A stretch of 54,960 bases of DNA. Origin: a virus. Taxonomy: Duplodnaviria > Caudoviricetes. The translations under genes were made by a program, and so were the position numbers. The notes under the pieces are model-generated. The model saw only the letters and a list, made by a program, of their open reading frames with translations. It ran no database searches and was not told where the DNA came from. The DNA lies in IMG/VR virus record IMGVR_UViG_3300020172_002489, positions 1-54,960 of that record; one strand, written 5' to 3'. Shown piece by piece: positions 39,785-49,700 of the stretch. The stretch's first letter is position 1, and each line of letters opens with the position of its first letter.

Positions 39785-40412
39785 AAATTTAGAGTATCAC
39801 GAGACTCGTTGGTTGGGAAGTAATTGGAATAAGGAAGAACTTATTCATTTTGAAGATGATATTATTTCTCATTGGGAAAAGGGAGAAATAAAAGGACCTA
39901 TTCATTTATCAAATGGAAATGAAGAACAACTCATTGAAGTATTCAAAAAAATATCACCAACTGATTGGGTATTTTCAACTTGGAGGTCACACTATCATGC
40001 ACTTCTTCATGGAGTTAAACCACGAAAATTAAAAGAAAAAATTCTTGATGGTAAATCAATAACAATTATTGATAAAGAATCTAATTTCTATTCATCTGCT
40101 ATTGTCACTGGAACTTTACCTATTGCATTAGGAGTTGCAAAATCATTAAAAATGAAAGGAAGTGACGAGAAGGTTTGGTGTTTTATTGGTGATATGAGTT
40201 TTGAAACTGGTTTCTTTTATGAAGTACATAAATATGCCAGAAACTTTGATTTACCTTTATATTTTGTAGTTGAAGATAATGAAGTATCGACAAATACCCC
40301 AACATTGGATACATGGGGTGGTATTCAACGAGAAATACCAAATGATGTAATCTATTATAAGTATAAATCTAAATACCCACATTATGGGACAGGAAAATGG
40401 GTAGTGTTTTAA
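39774..40412 (+). CDS. TPP-dependent E1-alpha-like subunit (short)
   Basis: HLSNGNE, STWRSH, and TPP motif GDMSFETG...VVEDN. Confidence 0.85.
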   Translation: MEIKNLEYHETRWLGSNWNKEELIHFEDDIISHWEKGEIKGPIHLSNGNEEQLIEVFKKISPTDWVFSTWRSHYHALLHGVKPRKLKEKILDGKSITIIDKESNFYSSAIVTGTLPIALGVAKSLKMKGSDEKVWCFIGDMSFETGFFYEVHKYARNFDLPLYFVVEDNEVSTNTPTLDTWGGIQREIPNDVIYYKYKSKYPHYGTGKWVVF

Positions 40413-41518
40413 ACTTTATAATACAAGATGAAAATAGTTATGGAAACTGGTCTTTTCAGGGTCCAATAATTCAAAAAGTTATGAATGAATATTCATACAC
40501 TATTTTTCCAGAAGTTAAAAAAGATTGTAAAAATTATTTATTAATTGAACCAACTGAATCTTATTTCGGTTTAGTAAAAAGAATTGATGCTATTTTAAGA
40601 AAAATAGATATTAAAAAATTCATAGAAAAAAATAATGTAAAAATATTATTATCTTCTATGGCTGACCCCCCAACTTTTTCGAATTATAAACAATTATCTA
40701 TAAAATTAAAAAAACATAAAATTTTAGATAGATGTTTATTTTTAACTAGTAATATTAATTTACAAGGAAATAATATTAAATCATATCATTTTTTTATTGA
40801 ACAGGCAATTAAATCCAAAGATTCATTTTTTGGAGTAGATACTTGTTTAGGATATAAAAGTGAAGAAATACAAATCAATGAATTAGATAATTTTAGAAAC
40901 AAAAAGTTTTTATCATTTAATAGAACTGTTGATAAAGAACATAGATTTTCATTATTTCATGATTATTTAACAAATAATTTTACTGATTCGTATTTTAGTT
41001 TTTTGACATTAGAAGGAATACATTGTCCACCTTTTCAAGATAATCAACTAACACTTGAACAATATTTAGAAAAAATACCTATTGAATTGGATACTAATAA
41101 AAAATTTAATTTTAGTGTAAGTAATACTATGCGAAAAGATTTATTTTTAGATTCTTGTATTAATTTAGTCACAGAAACTTCTTATAATAATAATGAATTA
41201 TTTTTATCAGAAAAAATTTTAAAGCCTATTTTAAATTATCAACCTTTTATCGTCTTAGGTCCAGTAAATTATCTAAAAGAATTAAAAAAATTAGGATTTA
41301 AAACATTTTCTGATTTTTGGGATGAATCTTATGATAATATAGAAGAAGGAAGAGATAGATATTTTAAAGTTTCTGAACTAATAATAAACTTAAATTCATT
41401 TGATATTAATAAACTAAATAATTTATACCAAGAAACAAAAAAAATTTGTATATATAATAAGAATCATTTTAATGAACTTAAAATGGATGGTATAAGTTTA
41501 TTTTTTGACAAATTATAA
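40397..41518 (+). CDS. Putative glycosyltransferase (GT10-like SEK family), paralog 3
   Basis: FLSFNR...HR, LVTET, FLSEKILKPI and GFKTFSDFWDESYD. Confidence 0.55.
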   Translation: MGSVLNFIIQDENSYGNWSFQGPIIQKVMNEYSYTIFPEVKKDCKNYLLIEPTESYFGLVKRIDAILRKIDIKKFIEKNNVKILLSSMADPPTFSNYKQLSIKLKKHKILDRCLFLTSNINLQGNNIKSYHFFIEQAIKSKDSFFGVDTCLGYKSEEIQINELDNFRNKKFLSFNRTVDKEHRFSLFHDYLTNNFTDSYFSFLTLEGIHCPPFQDNQLTLEQYLEKIPIELDTNKKFNFSVSNTMRKDLFLDSCINLVTETSYNNNELFLSEKILKPILNYQPFIVLGPVNYLKELKKLGFKTFSDFWDESYDNIEEGRDRYFKVSELIINLNSFDINKLNNLYQETKKICIYNKNHFNELKMDGISLFFDKL

Positions 41519-41519
41519 T

Positions 41520-42626
41520 ATGAAACATAATGAAGATATACTTAAAAAGTATGTTTGTATTCAACCGTTTAAACACATAGAGTTTTTTGAAGACCATGCA
41601 ACCATGTGTTGTCCAACTTGGTTGGAGACAAAATTGTGGTATGGTAAAAACGAAGATGGTTCACTTAATTATGATGTTTGGAAATCTGAAACTGCAAATA
41701 AAATTAGAGAATCTATTTTAGATGGTTCATATTCACATTGTGATAAAACAGCATGTCCTCATTTAAGTACATTAATACATACTAAACAACCAAGTGGATT
41801 TTTTATAAAAAAAGAAAAATTACCATTTAAAATGTATGATGGTTTTGTTATAGATGATAAAAAAGTAAGTTCTGGTCCTGGGTCTATAAATTTTACATAT
41901 GATGATAGTTGTAATCTAAAATGCCCATCATGTAGATTACACGTTATAATGGCAAAACCTGACCAAATTATAAAAATTGATAATATCACCGATTTTATTA
42001 AAAACAATTATTCAAAAGAGGCTAGAAAACTTGCTATTACTGGCAGTGGAGACCCTTGGGCTTCAAAATCATTTAGAAAATTTTTATTTGAGTTTGACCC
42101 AAAAGTATGGCCAAACTTAGATGATATATACCTAACCACAAACGCAAATTTATTTACTGAAAAAAATTGGAAAAAAATAGAAAAGGCTCATCCGTATGTA
42201 AAATCAGTAGAAATATCAATAGATGCTGCTACAAAAAATACTTACGAAAATAAAACAAGAATAGGTGGGAACTGGGAAGTCTTAATGGAAAATTTAGATT
42301 TTATCAGTACTATACCGACCATACAAAATTTAAGATGCTCATTCGTTACTCAATTGGATAATTATACAGAAATGCGAGAGTTTGCAGAACTTATTTATAA
42401 GAAATTTGAAAAAAGAATTCAAACTCAAGGTTATTCTGAAGCAACACTTGTTTATTTTGGTAAAATTTATCAATGGACACACATGGATTATGAATCATTT
42501 AAACAAAAAGCAATTTGGACTGAAGACCACCCTGAATATAAAAAATTTGTAGATGAAGTAAATAGATTGTATGAATTCGATAAAATTTTCATCCAGTCAA
42601 ACTTTACTGATTTATTAAGAAAATAA
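41520..42626 (+). CDS. Radical SAM protein with N-terminal SPASM/Twitch-like domain
   Basis: CIQPF...MCCP...CDKTACP; CNLKCPSC; GSGDP; SIDAA. ATG 41520 is preferred over TTG 41505. Confidence 0.85.
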   Translation: MKHNEDILKKYVCIQPFKHIEFFEDHATMCCPTWLETKLWYGKNEDGSLNYDVWKSETANKIRESILDGSYSHCDKTACPHLSTLIHTKQPSGFFIKKEKLPFKMYDGFVIDDKKVSSGPGSINFTYDDSCNLKCPSCRLHVIMAKPDQIIKIDNITDFIKNNYSKEARKLAITGSGDPWASKSFRKFLFEFDPKVWPNLDDIYLTTNANLFTEKNWKKIEKAHPYVKSVEISIDAATKNTYENKTRIGGNWEVLMENLDFISTIPTIQNLRCSFVTQLDNYTEMREFAELIYKKFEKRIQTQGYSEATLVYFGKIYQWTHMDYESFKQKAIWTEDHPEYKKFVDEVNRLYEFDKIFIQSNFTDLLRK

Positions 42627-42636
42627 ACTTATTATA

Positions 42637-42648
42637 TATATTTATATA
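42637..42648 (+). promoter_or_regulatory. TATATTTATATA putative phage promoter motif
   Basis: Intergenic; upstream of ATG 42660. Confidence 0.6.
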
Positions 42649-42659
42649 AAACAAACGAC

Positions 42660-43628
42660 ATGCAAAACAAAAAGGTTTTAATAACAGGTGCCAATGGATT
42701 AGTTGGCAACTACATGGTTCAAAAGTGCATTGATAGAGGTGCATTTGTAACAGCGGTTGATATTCATGAACCAAAAAATCAATTAGAAAAATACGCAACA
42801 TCCGGCCAATATCAGTTTATCAAGGCCGATTTAAGAGAATTTTTAAATTGTAAAAAAGTAGTTGAAGGACAAGATATTGTTTTTCATATTGCAGGTGTAA
42901 AGGGTTCTCCAAAAAGAGCAGCAGAACAACCTGCAGATTATTTTGTACCAATGTTACAATTTAATACCAATATGATGGAAGCTGCAAGGTTGGAAGATGT
43001 GGAGTGGTATGTTTATACATCAACGGTTGGCGTTTATCAACCAGCAGAAGTATTCTTTGAGGACGATGTATGGAAGACATTCCCATCGGAAAAAGATAAG
43101 TACGCAGGATGGGCAAAAAGATTAGGTGAACTTCAAGCAGAGGTATATTCAGTATCTTACGATTGGAATAACGCATCAATTGTAAGACCGGCAAACATTT
43201 ATGGTAGACATGACAATTTTGGTCCTGAATCGACTGTCATTGCATCCCTGATTAAAAGATTGTTTGGTGAAAAAGAACACCCACTTGTTTGTTGGGGAGA
43301 TGGTTCTCCAATTAGAGATTTTATCTACGCAGGAGATGTTGCAGATGGAATTATTAAAGCATACGAACAAAAACTAACACACCCAATTAACTTGGGTAGT
43401 GGAACTGGTGTAACTATTAAAGAACTTGCTGAAACTCTTGTAGAAATTTACGAAGAAATGTATGGAGTAAAAGTTCAAATCGAATGGGACCCGTCTAAAC
43501 CGAACGGAGATACAAAGAGATTGATGAGTACTGAAAGAGCAGAATCATTTGGTATTAAACAACAAGTATCGCTCAAAGAAGGATTAAAAGAAACAATAGA
43601 TTATTATTTAAACGAATATAACAAATAA
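42660..43628 (+). CDS. GDP-L-fucose-synthase-like NAD(P)-dependent epimerase/reductase
   Basis: ITGANGLVG, RPANIYG and WGDGSPIRDFIY. Confidence 0.85.
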   Translation: MQNKKVLITGANGLVGNYMVQKCIDRGAFVTAVDIHEPKNQLEKYATSGQYQFIKADLREFLNCKKVVEGQDIVFHIAGVKGSPKRAAEQPADYFVPMLQFNTNMMEAARLEDVEWYVYTSTVGVYQPAEVFFEDDVWKTFPSEKDKYAGWAKRLGELQAEVYSVSYDWNNASIVRPANIYGRHDNFGPESTVIASLIKRLFGEKEHPLVCWGDGSPIRDFIYAGDVADGIIKAYEQKLTHPINLGSGTGVTIKELAETLVEIYEEMYGVKVQIEWDPSKPNGDTKRLMSTERAESFGIKQQVSLKEGLKETIDYYLNEYNK

Positions 43629-43631
43629 GTT

Positions 43632-44624
43632 ATGAAAAAAACAGACAAGATTTTAGTTACGGGTGCAAGTGGATTCATTGGTTCACATTTATTGAGATTA
43701 CTTTGGGAAAAAGGTTATAAAAATCTTCGTGCAACCTCATTCAGTAGAGATTTAAGAGGTGATTTTGAAGGTTGGGAAAATGTACAACATTTCGAAGGTG
43801 ATTTACAAACAAAGTTTTTTTGTGAAAATGTAACAAAGGATGTTGATGTAGTTTTTCATTGTGCAGCGAATACTTCAAATGCATTAGATACGAAAGAAAA
43901 TCCACTTTTGCATGTTACTCCAAATGTTGAAATGAATGTAAATTTGATGGAACAATCTTGGAGAAATGGGGTTAAAAAATTCTTATTTATTTCTTCTAAT
44001 ACAGTTTATCCTGATATGAAGGATGAGTTTTGTACTGAAGATTTAAATATTCATGCAACTCCAACTTTTCCAATCTATGGTGCAGTTGGTAATATGAAAA
44101 GATATGGTGAATTGTTGTGTGATTATTTTTCACACCAAATTCACAATCCAATGCAATGTTTGATTGTTAGACCTTCAAATGCTTTCGGTCCAAACGATAA
44201 ATTTGATTTTGAAAAATGTCATGTTACTCCTGCAAACATTAGAAAAGTAGCAGATGGATTGAATCCAATTCCAGTTTGGGGTGATGGAAGTGAAGTACGA
44301 GATTTACTTTATGTTGAAGATATGGCAGATGGATTTATTTGGGTTGCTGAAAACAACGATACTTACAATATTTTTAATGTTGCTTACGGTGAAGGATTTA
44401 GTGTAAATGAAGTGTTGGGTTGGATTAAAGAAATCGAACAAAATGATAACCCAATCGAATATGTAAACAATAAGGCACCAATGATTCCCGTTCGTTTACT
44501 TTCTTCAAAGAAAATCAATGCAGCAGGTTGGAAACCAAAACGAGATTTGAAACAAGCACTCAAAGAAACTCTTGAGTGGTATAAAGCAAACAAACATCAA
44601 TATAATCCAAATTCAAGACCATAA
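43632..44624 (+). CDS. GDP-L-fucose-synthase-like NAD(P)-dependent epimerase/reductase (second)
   Basis: VTGASGFIG, RPSNAFGPND and WGDGSEVRDLLY. Confidence 0.85.
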   Translation: MKKTDKILVTGASGFIGSHLLRLLWEKGYKNLRATSFSRDLRGDFEGWENVQHFEGDLQTKFFCENVTKDVDVVFHCAANTSNALDTKENPLLHVTPNVEMNVNLMEQSWRNGVKKFLFISSNTVYPDMKDEFCTEDLNIHATPTFPIYGAVGNMKRYGELLCDYFSHQIHNPMQCLIVRPSNAFGPNDKFDFEKCHVTPANIRKVADGLNPIPVWGDGSEVRDLLYVEDMADGFIWVAENNDTYNIFNVAYGEGFSVNEVLGWIKEIEQNDNPIEYVNNKAPMIPVRLLSSKKINAAGWKPKRDLKQALKETLEWYKANKHQYNPNSRP

Positions 44625-45172
44625 TGAGTACACCACAATTTACTCCTTATTTAGATGCATTAACCGAATCAATGAAATTGTGTATGGAAGACCCATCCAC
44701 AATTTTTATTGGCCAACAAATCGTGTATTATGGAAACCCGATGTCAAAAACAATTGAAGGTTTACCAAAAGAACGAATGATTGAAACTCCGGTCATGGAA
44801 GAAACTCAAATGGGAATGAGTATTGGATTAGCAATGACAGGACATAGAGTAGTATCATTTTATCCAAGATGGGATTTTCTTATTTGTGCATCAAATCAAT
44901 TAATAAATCACTTGGATAAACTTGAAGCAATGTCAGATGGGGAATTTATCCCAAATGTAATTATCAGAGTTGGTAAAGGTTCCGATAAACCACTTGACCC
45001 AGGTCATCAACATAAGTCAGATTATTCAGATGAGTTTTCCTCAATGTTAAAACATATACCAATTATAAAATTGGATTCTGCTGATAAAATTCTACCTGCA
45101 TATAAAAAAGCATTATCATCAAATGGACCAATTATTTTAGTGGAATATCCTGAATTGTATTATGAAAATTAA
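44624..45172 (+). CDS. TPP-dependent E1-beta-like subunit (pyrimidine-binding domain only)
   Basis: IETPVMEETQMGMSIGLA, NQLIN and PGHQH; 182 aa. Confidence 0.85.
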   Translation: MSTPQFTPYLDALTESMKLCMEDPSTIFIGQQIVYYGNPMSKTIEGLPKERMIETPVMEETQMGMSIGLAMTGHRVVSFYPRWDFLICASNQLINHLDKLEAMSDGEFIPNVIIRVGKGSDKPLDPGHQHKSDYSDEFSSMLKHIPIIKLDSADKILPAYKKALSSNGPIILVEYPELYYEN

Positions 45173-46628
45173 AAGATTATTTGATGTAGTAGGGCCCTCT
45201 GGTTTTATACCCACTGGTTGGAATTGGAATTTTACTGATGATATTTGGAACAATAATTTTGTTATTGACCATAATTTTATAGAAACTTTTAATTCAAAAT
45301 ATGTTCAAGTACCTGTGTATGAGTGTAATTTAAATTTACCACTTCACTTAAATGATTTACATATTTCGGAAGTAAGATATGATGAAGATGAAAAAATTCT
45401 TGAAAATTCGTTAGAAAAATCATTATTTTTGATGACAGTACATCCTTATGGTAGTATTGATACTTGCACTGGTAAAAATACAAATTACCATGAAAATACA
45501 CATTCATTTGATTTTATATCTGAGATAGCTAAAAATTATTTAAGAAATGCTACTAATTTTTATTTAGTTATGGATTATAGTAGTGAAGGTGATATAAGGA
45601 ATTCTTTATTTGAAAATTTACATAAAAAATGTAAAGAGTTAAATATATCACCAAAGAAAGTTATAGTAATATCAGCATCGATGAATACTCGTGACATTTA
45701 TGAAGAATATTTAAAAAATAATCCAGAATCACAACAATTTTATACAGCTTATTATTGTTGGTCAGTAACTTCCAAGAAAAAAGAAACCGAACATCTTTTA
45801 AGTAGAGATTCTGTTTTTGAATTTAATGGAAATTCAAACGAATGTTCTTTAATGAATTTAGATGAATTAAAAAATTCAAAAAATAAATCAAAAAAATGTT
45901 TAATATACAATAGAAGAGTTGCACCACATAGAGTAATTATTTTAAGTTTATTACATACTGATGGATTAATCAAAAAATGTGATTATTCTATTGATTTAAA
46001 TTTATGGGATTATGGTCTTGATGATATGGGATTGGAATTAGCAAATGGAACTGATTACGATGGTGTTTCATATATTCAAGATAAACAATATAAATCTAAA
46101 ATGATTGGTGGTTATTTTAAATTAAGCAAACATCCAAAAAACACAATTGATTATGATAATATAGATAAAGTTTGGGGATTTGGATTTGAACAAAAAGAAC
46201 CATATTTAAATACATATTTTAGTTTAATAACCGAAACATTATTTTACGAACATGGTCACTATATTTCAGAAAAATCATTTAAAGGTATTGCTCATTTACA
46301 TCCATTTGTAATATTAGGTAAGCCTGGTATAATAAAACAACTACAAAAATGGGGATTTAAAACTTTTTCAGATTTTTGGGATGAATCATATGATACTATA
46401 CAAAATAATTCTGAAAGAATAATTAAAGTGTATGAGATAGTTAAATCATTGATAGAAAAAACAAATGAAGAATGGGATGAAATGTATGAAAAGTTATACC
46501 CAATATTAGAACATAACAGAAACCATTTACTTTCGATGAGTGAAGAATATATTTCAGATACTTATGTTTATAACCTTAATAAATTATTAGAAAATGAACC
46601 CAATCAAGAAAATTATAGCTTATTTTAA
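45162..46628 (+). CDS. Putative glycosyltransferase (GT10-like SEK family), paralog 4
   Basis: LIYNRR...HR, LITET, YISEKSFKGI and GFKTFSDFWDESYD. Confidence 0.55.
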   Translation: MKIKRLFDVVGPSGFIPTGWNWNFTDDIWNNNFVIDHNFIETFNSKYVQVPVYECNLNLPLHLNDLHISEVRYDEDEKILENSLEKSLFLMTVHPYGSIDTCTGKNTNYHENTHSFDFISEIAKNYLRNATNFYLVMDYSSEGDIRNSLFENLHKKCKELNISPKKVIVISASMNTRDIYEEYLKNNPESQQFYTAYYCWSVTSKKKETEHLLSRDSVFEFNGNSNECSLMNLDELKNSKNKSKKCLIYNRRVAPHRVIILSLLHTDGLIKKCDYSIDLNLWDYGLDDMGLELANGTDYDGVSYIQDKQYKSKMIGGYFKLSKHPKNTIDYDNIDKVWGFGFEQKEPYLNTYFSLITETLFYEHGHYISEKSFKGIAHLHPFVILGKPGIIKQLQKWGFKTFSDFWDESYDTIQNNSERIIKVYEIVKSLIEKTNEEWDEMYEKLYPILEHNRNHLLSMSEEYISDTYVYNLNKLLENEPNQENYSLF

Positions 46629-46722
46629 AAATAAGAGAGAAGAAAAGAAAAGACAAGAAATCTACAAGAAAAAATTAGAAGAACTTCGTAAGAGAGACCC
46701 ATTCGTATATAAAAACCACTAA
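46594..46722 (+). CDS. Small basic protein (42 aa; below ORF-track cutoff)
   Basis: MNPIKKIIAYFKNKREEKKRQEIYKKKLEELRKRDPFVYKNH; fills the gap before the next promoter motif. Confidence 0.65.
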   Translation: MNPIKKIIAYFKNKREEKKRQEIYKKKLEELRKRDPFVYKNH

Positions 46723-46735
46723 ACTTTAGTGTAGT

Positions 46736-46747
46736 TATATTTATATA
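46736..46747 (+). promoter_or_regulatory. TATATTTATATA putative phage promoter motif
   Basis: Upstream of ATG 46768; preceded by the inverted repeat CACTAAA-C-TTTAGTG (46717-46731). Confidence 0.6.
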
Positions 46748-46767
46748 CTGATAAGGTGTATCTTTTT

Positions 46768-49700
46768 ATGAATGAACTTTCAAAATATCTAGTAGAACAA
46801 ATATTACTTGAGGAACCTACCCCCATAAAGAAAACTGTTGTAGTTTATGTGGGTAGGTTTCAACCTTTCCATAAAGGTCATTATGGAACTTACTCACACT
46901 TGGTTAAAAAGTTTGGTAAGGATAATGTCTATATTGGTACATCCAATAAAGTAGAAAGACCAAAATCCCCATTTAACTTTAAGGAAAAGAAACAAATCAT
47001 GACCACGATGTTTGATGTACCATCAAACAAAATATTCGAGGTCAAGAATCCTTATGCCCCACTAGAAATTCTAAAAAAGTTTGATGAAAAAACTACTGCC
47101 TTCATAACCGTAGTTGGTGAAAAAGATGCAAGTAGATTGGGTGGTAAATATTTCCAAAAATGGAATGGAGAAGCAACCGAAGGGTATAAAGATAGAGGAT
47201 ATGTTTATGCTTCACCAATGCAAGGTGATTCAGTTTCAGGAACCGAAGTAAGAATTGGTTTAGGTAGTGGAACCGAAGAACAAAAACGAAATTTCTTTTT
47301 AGATAGAGCATATTCAAAGTTTAACAAAACTATATTCAGTTTAATTACCAATAAATTACAAGAATCTTGTATTCGTTTGACAAAAACACAACTTGAAGAT
47401 TTACTCATAGAAGTATCATCTGGTATTGGTCAAGATATGGTTGATGATGGTCCTGTAATTTTCTTACCTGATTATAATTCTTTTAAAGTTATTAATGGTG
47501 AACGTGCTCAGCAAATTGGATGGGAAATAATCAATATGGTTATGGATGATTCAATGGATGATTACATTACATATCCAGAAGGACCTACTGGTAGAGTAAC
47601 ATTCTTTCCTCGTGGTGCAATAGGTAAAAAAGATCCAATGGGTGAATTTGATGTAATGGTAAATGGTGCGTATGATAAATGGTACAAACACGCAACTCGT
47701 ACTGCATCATTAGTTGGTTATTCGGTAGTTGATAAAGCATTGGGGGTTGATGATAAACTTTCAACCGACCTTGCAAAAGGTGCTAGACCACTTGCAAAAG
47801 AATCTGATAAAACAATTCAACGAGAATCAATTACATTACCAGTTGAAATTGGAGATACTCTTTTAATGGGTAAATTCAAAAACAAAAAAGTTGTTGTAAA
47901 AACAATTGGTAAAGATGAGCATGGAATGCCAACAATCAATGGTAAAAAGGTAGTTACTTTTAGATTGATAAAAGAAGGAAAACAAGCAATCTTTGAAGAT
48001 GAAACCGAAGATGCAAAATATACTCATATTGGGTATGGAAAATATAAACAAGTGGGTAAAGAAGAGGATGAAACTGCACCAACTTTTCAAAAAGATGAGA
48101 GTGGAAAATATGTCCAAGTTGCTGATACTACATCAGAACCTCAACAATCTACTCCTCCAAATTCATTAAATTCAAAAACTCAAGCTGGTAAATCTTATCA
48201 ACAACAATTACCAAGTGGAGACCCTGCCAAAAAAGAAAAACCAAAAACACAACCTAAACAAGAACCAAAATCAAATGTAACCACATTTGCTGGGACAAAA
48301 TCCGGTAAAGAAATTCAAACAACCAATCTTGAGGGGGGTGGTAGTGTTTTTGGAACACAACATGGTGATAATAAAATGGTTGATGATATTCTTGATACAG
48401 TAAAATCAACTATACCACAAGAAAGATGGAAAGATGTTGTATTTGTGGGTGAGGGTGGATATGGTAATGAAAATGGAGAATTTGAATTTTCAGGTGAAAT
48501 GGATTACGCCGCCAAAAAATTCCAAAAAATAGGTGCAGGTGTTGATACTTGGGATGGAGATGATACAAATGTATTTGATAATGAATCTCCACTATACAAA
48601 TACCAAGAAGAACAAACTGGATTAAGTAATGAAGAGGTCATGGCTGCAAACTGGGCAAGTATGATAGGACAAGGTGATAGTTTAGAAGATATGTCCCCTG
48701 AAGATTACTTAACCGATAGTGGAAAGGCTTTTTTACAACAATCTGCACAAGAAGCAAATTTACCTTTGTCAGAACAATGGGATTCAAACCCAACTGATGA
48801 AGATATAGATACATTATATAGATTATCATTCGCCGAAGATAATAACGATGTTAAAACCAAAGTAAATGATGCCCAAGAATCGTTTAATAAGTTTAGAGAT
48901 ATAAATTTATTAAGAAAAACACAAGAATTATCCTCTCAAGGTAAAATTCCTATTGTATTAGCCGGAGAATCTCATGTTGGCTTAGTAGATAATATGATGC
49001 AAAACGAGTGGATGGGTTCCGACCCAATTATGATGGAGGCATTGACTCAAGCTCAAAAAGCATCAAGAAGATGGGCGTTTGCAAAAAATAAAAAACTAAT
49101 TAATATCAAAAAACAACGAACACAAATTCGTAAAAAACCATATTCAGTATTATCAAAAAGAGCACATAAACTTGCATATCTTTATGTAAGAAAAGAGTGG
49201 ACTCAAAGATTATTTGGAACCACCCCATACGATGAACTTTCTTTACCACAAAAACAAAGAGTTTCTCAAATGGTCCAAAAGAAAAAAAGAAAAGTTTTGA
49301 AATTGGCTAAGTTTAGATTCTTACCTGCATTGAAACAAAAAGAGGCAGATAGGTTTAAAGGCGTTCATCAGTATCCAAGTAATTTAACTTTTGATACTTC
49401 AACACTAGATGAAGTGAATTCAGGTTTTTACGATGGGGTTAGGGGTTCAATGACTCCCAATGATGCTGCTGGTGCAACTGGATATATGTATAATCATAAT
49501 TGGGAAGAGTATGATACCCAAGAATACTACTTAGCAAACTTACCCGGATTTGAATTAGTTCACGAGATTCCATCTGAATTTGAATTGGAAAGAGCAGTAG
49601 ACCAAGGCATACCATTAATGACACATGGTGATGGAAAAACAACCAAATACAATCGTATACTAAAAGCAGATTTTACAGCACCTGAAGAATTCTCAAAATC

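Noticed and set aside
39774-45172. Pyruvate dehydrogenase auxiliary metabolic genes
   Set aside because: The subunits are truncated, no E2/E3 is present in the window, and the context is NDP-sugar metabolism.
28542-46628. Cluster as bacterial contamination or a DNA hypermodification locus
   Set aside because: It shares the phage promoter motif and strand with the flanking phage genes, and no Wzx/Wzy or base-hydroxymethylase genes are visible. DNA as a target cannot be fully excluded from this window alone.
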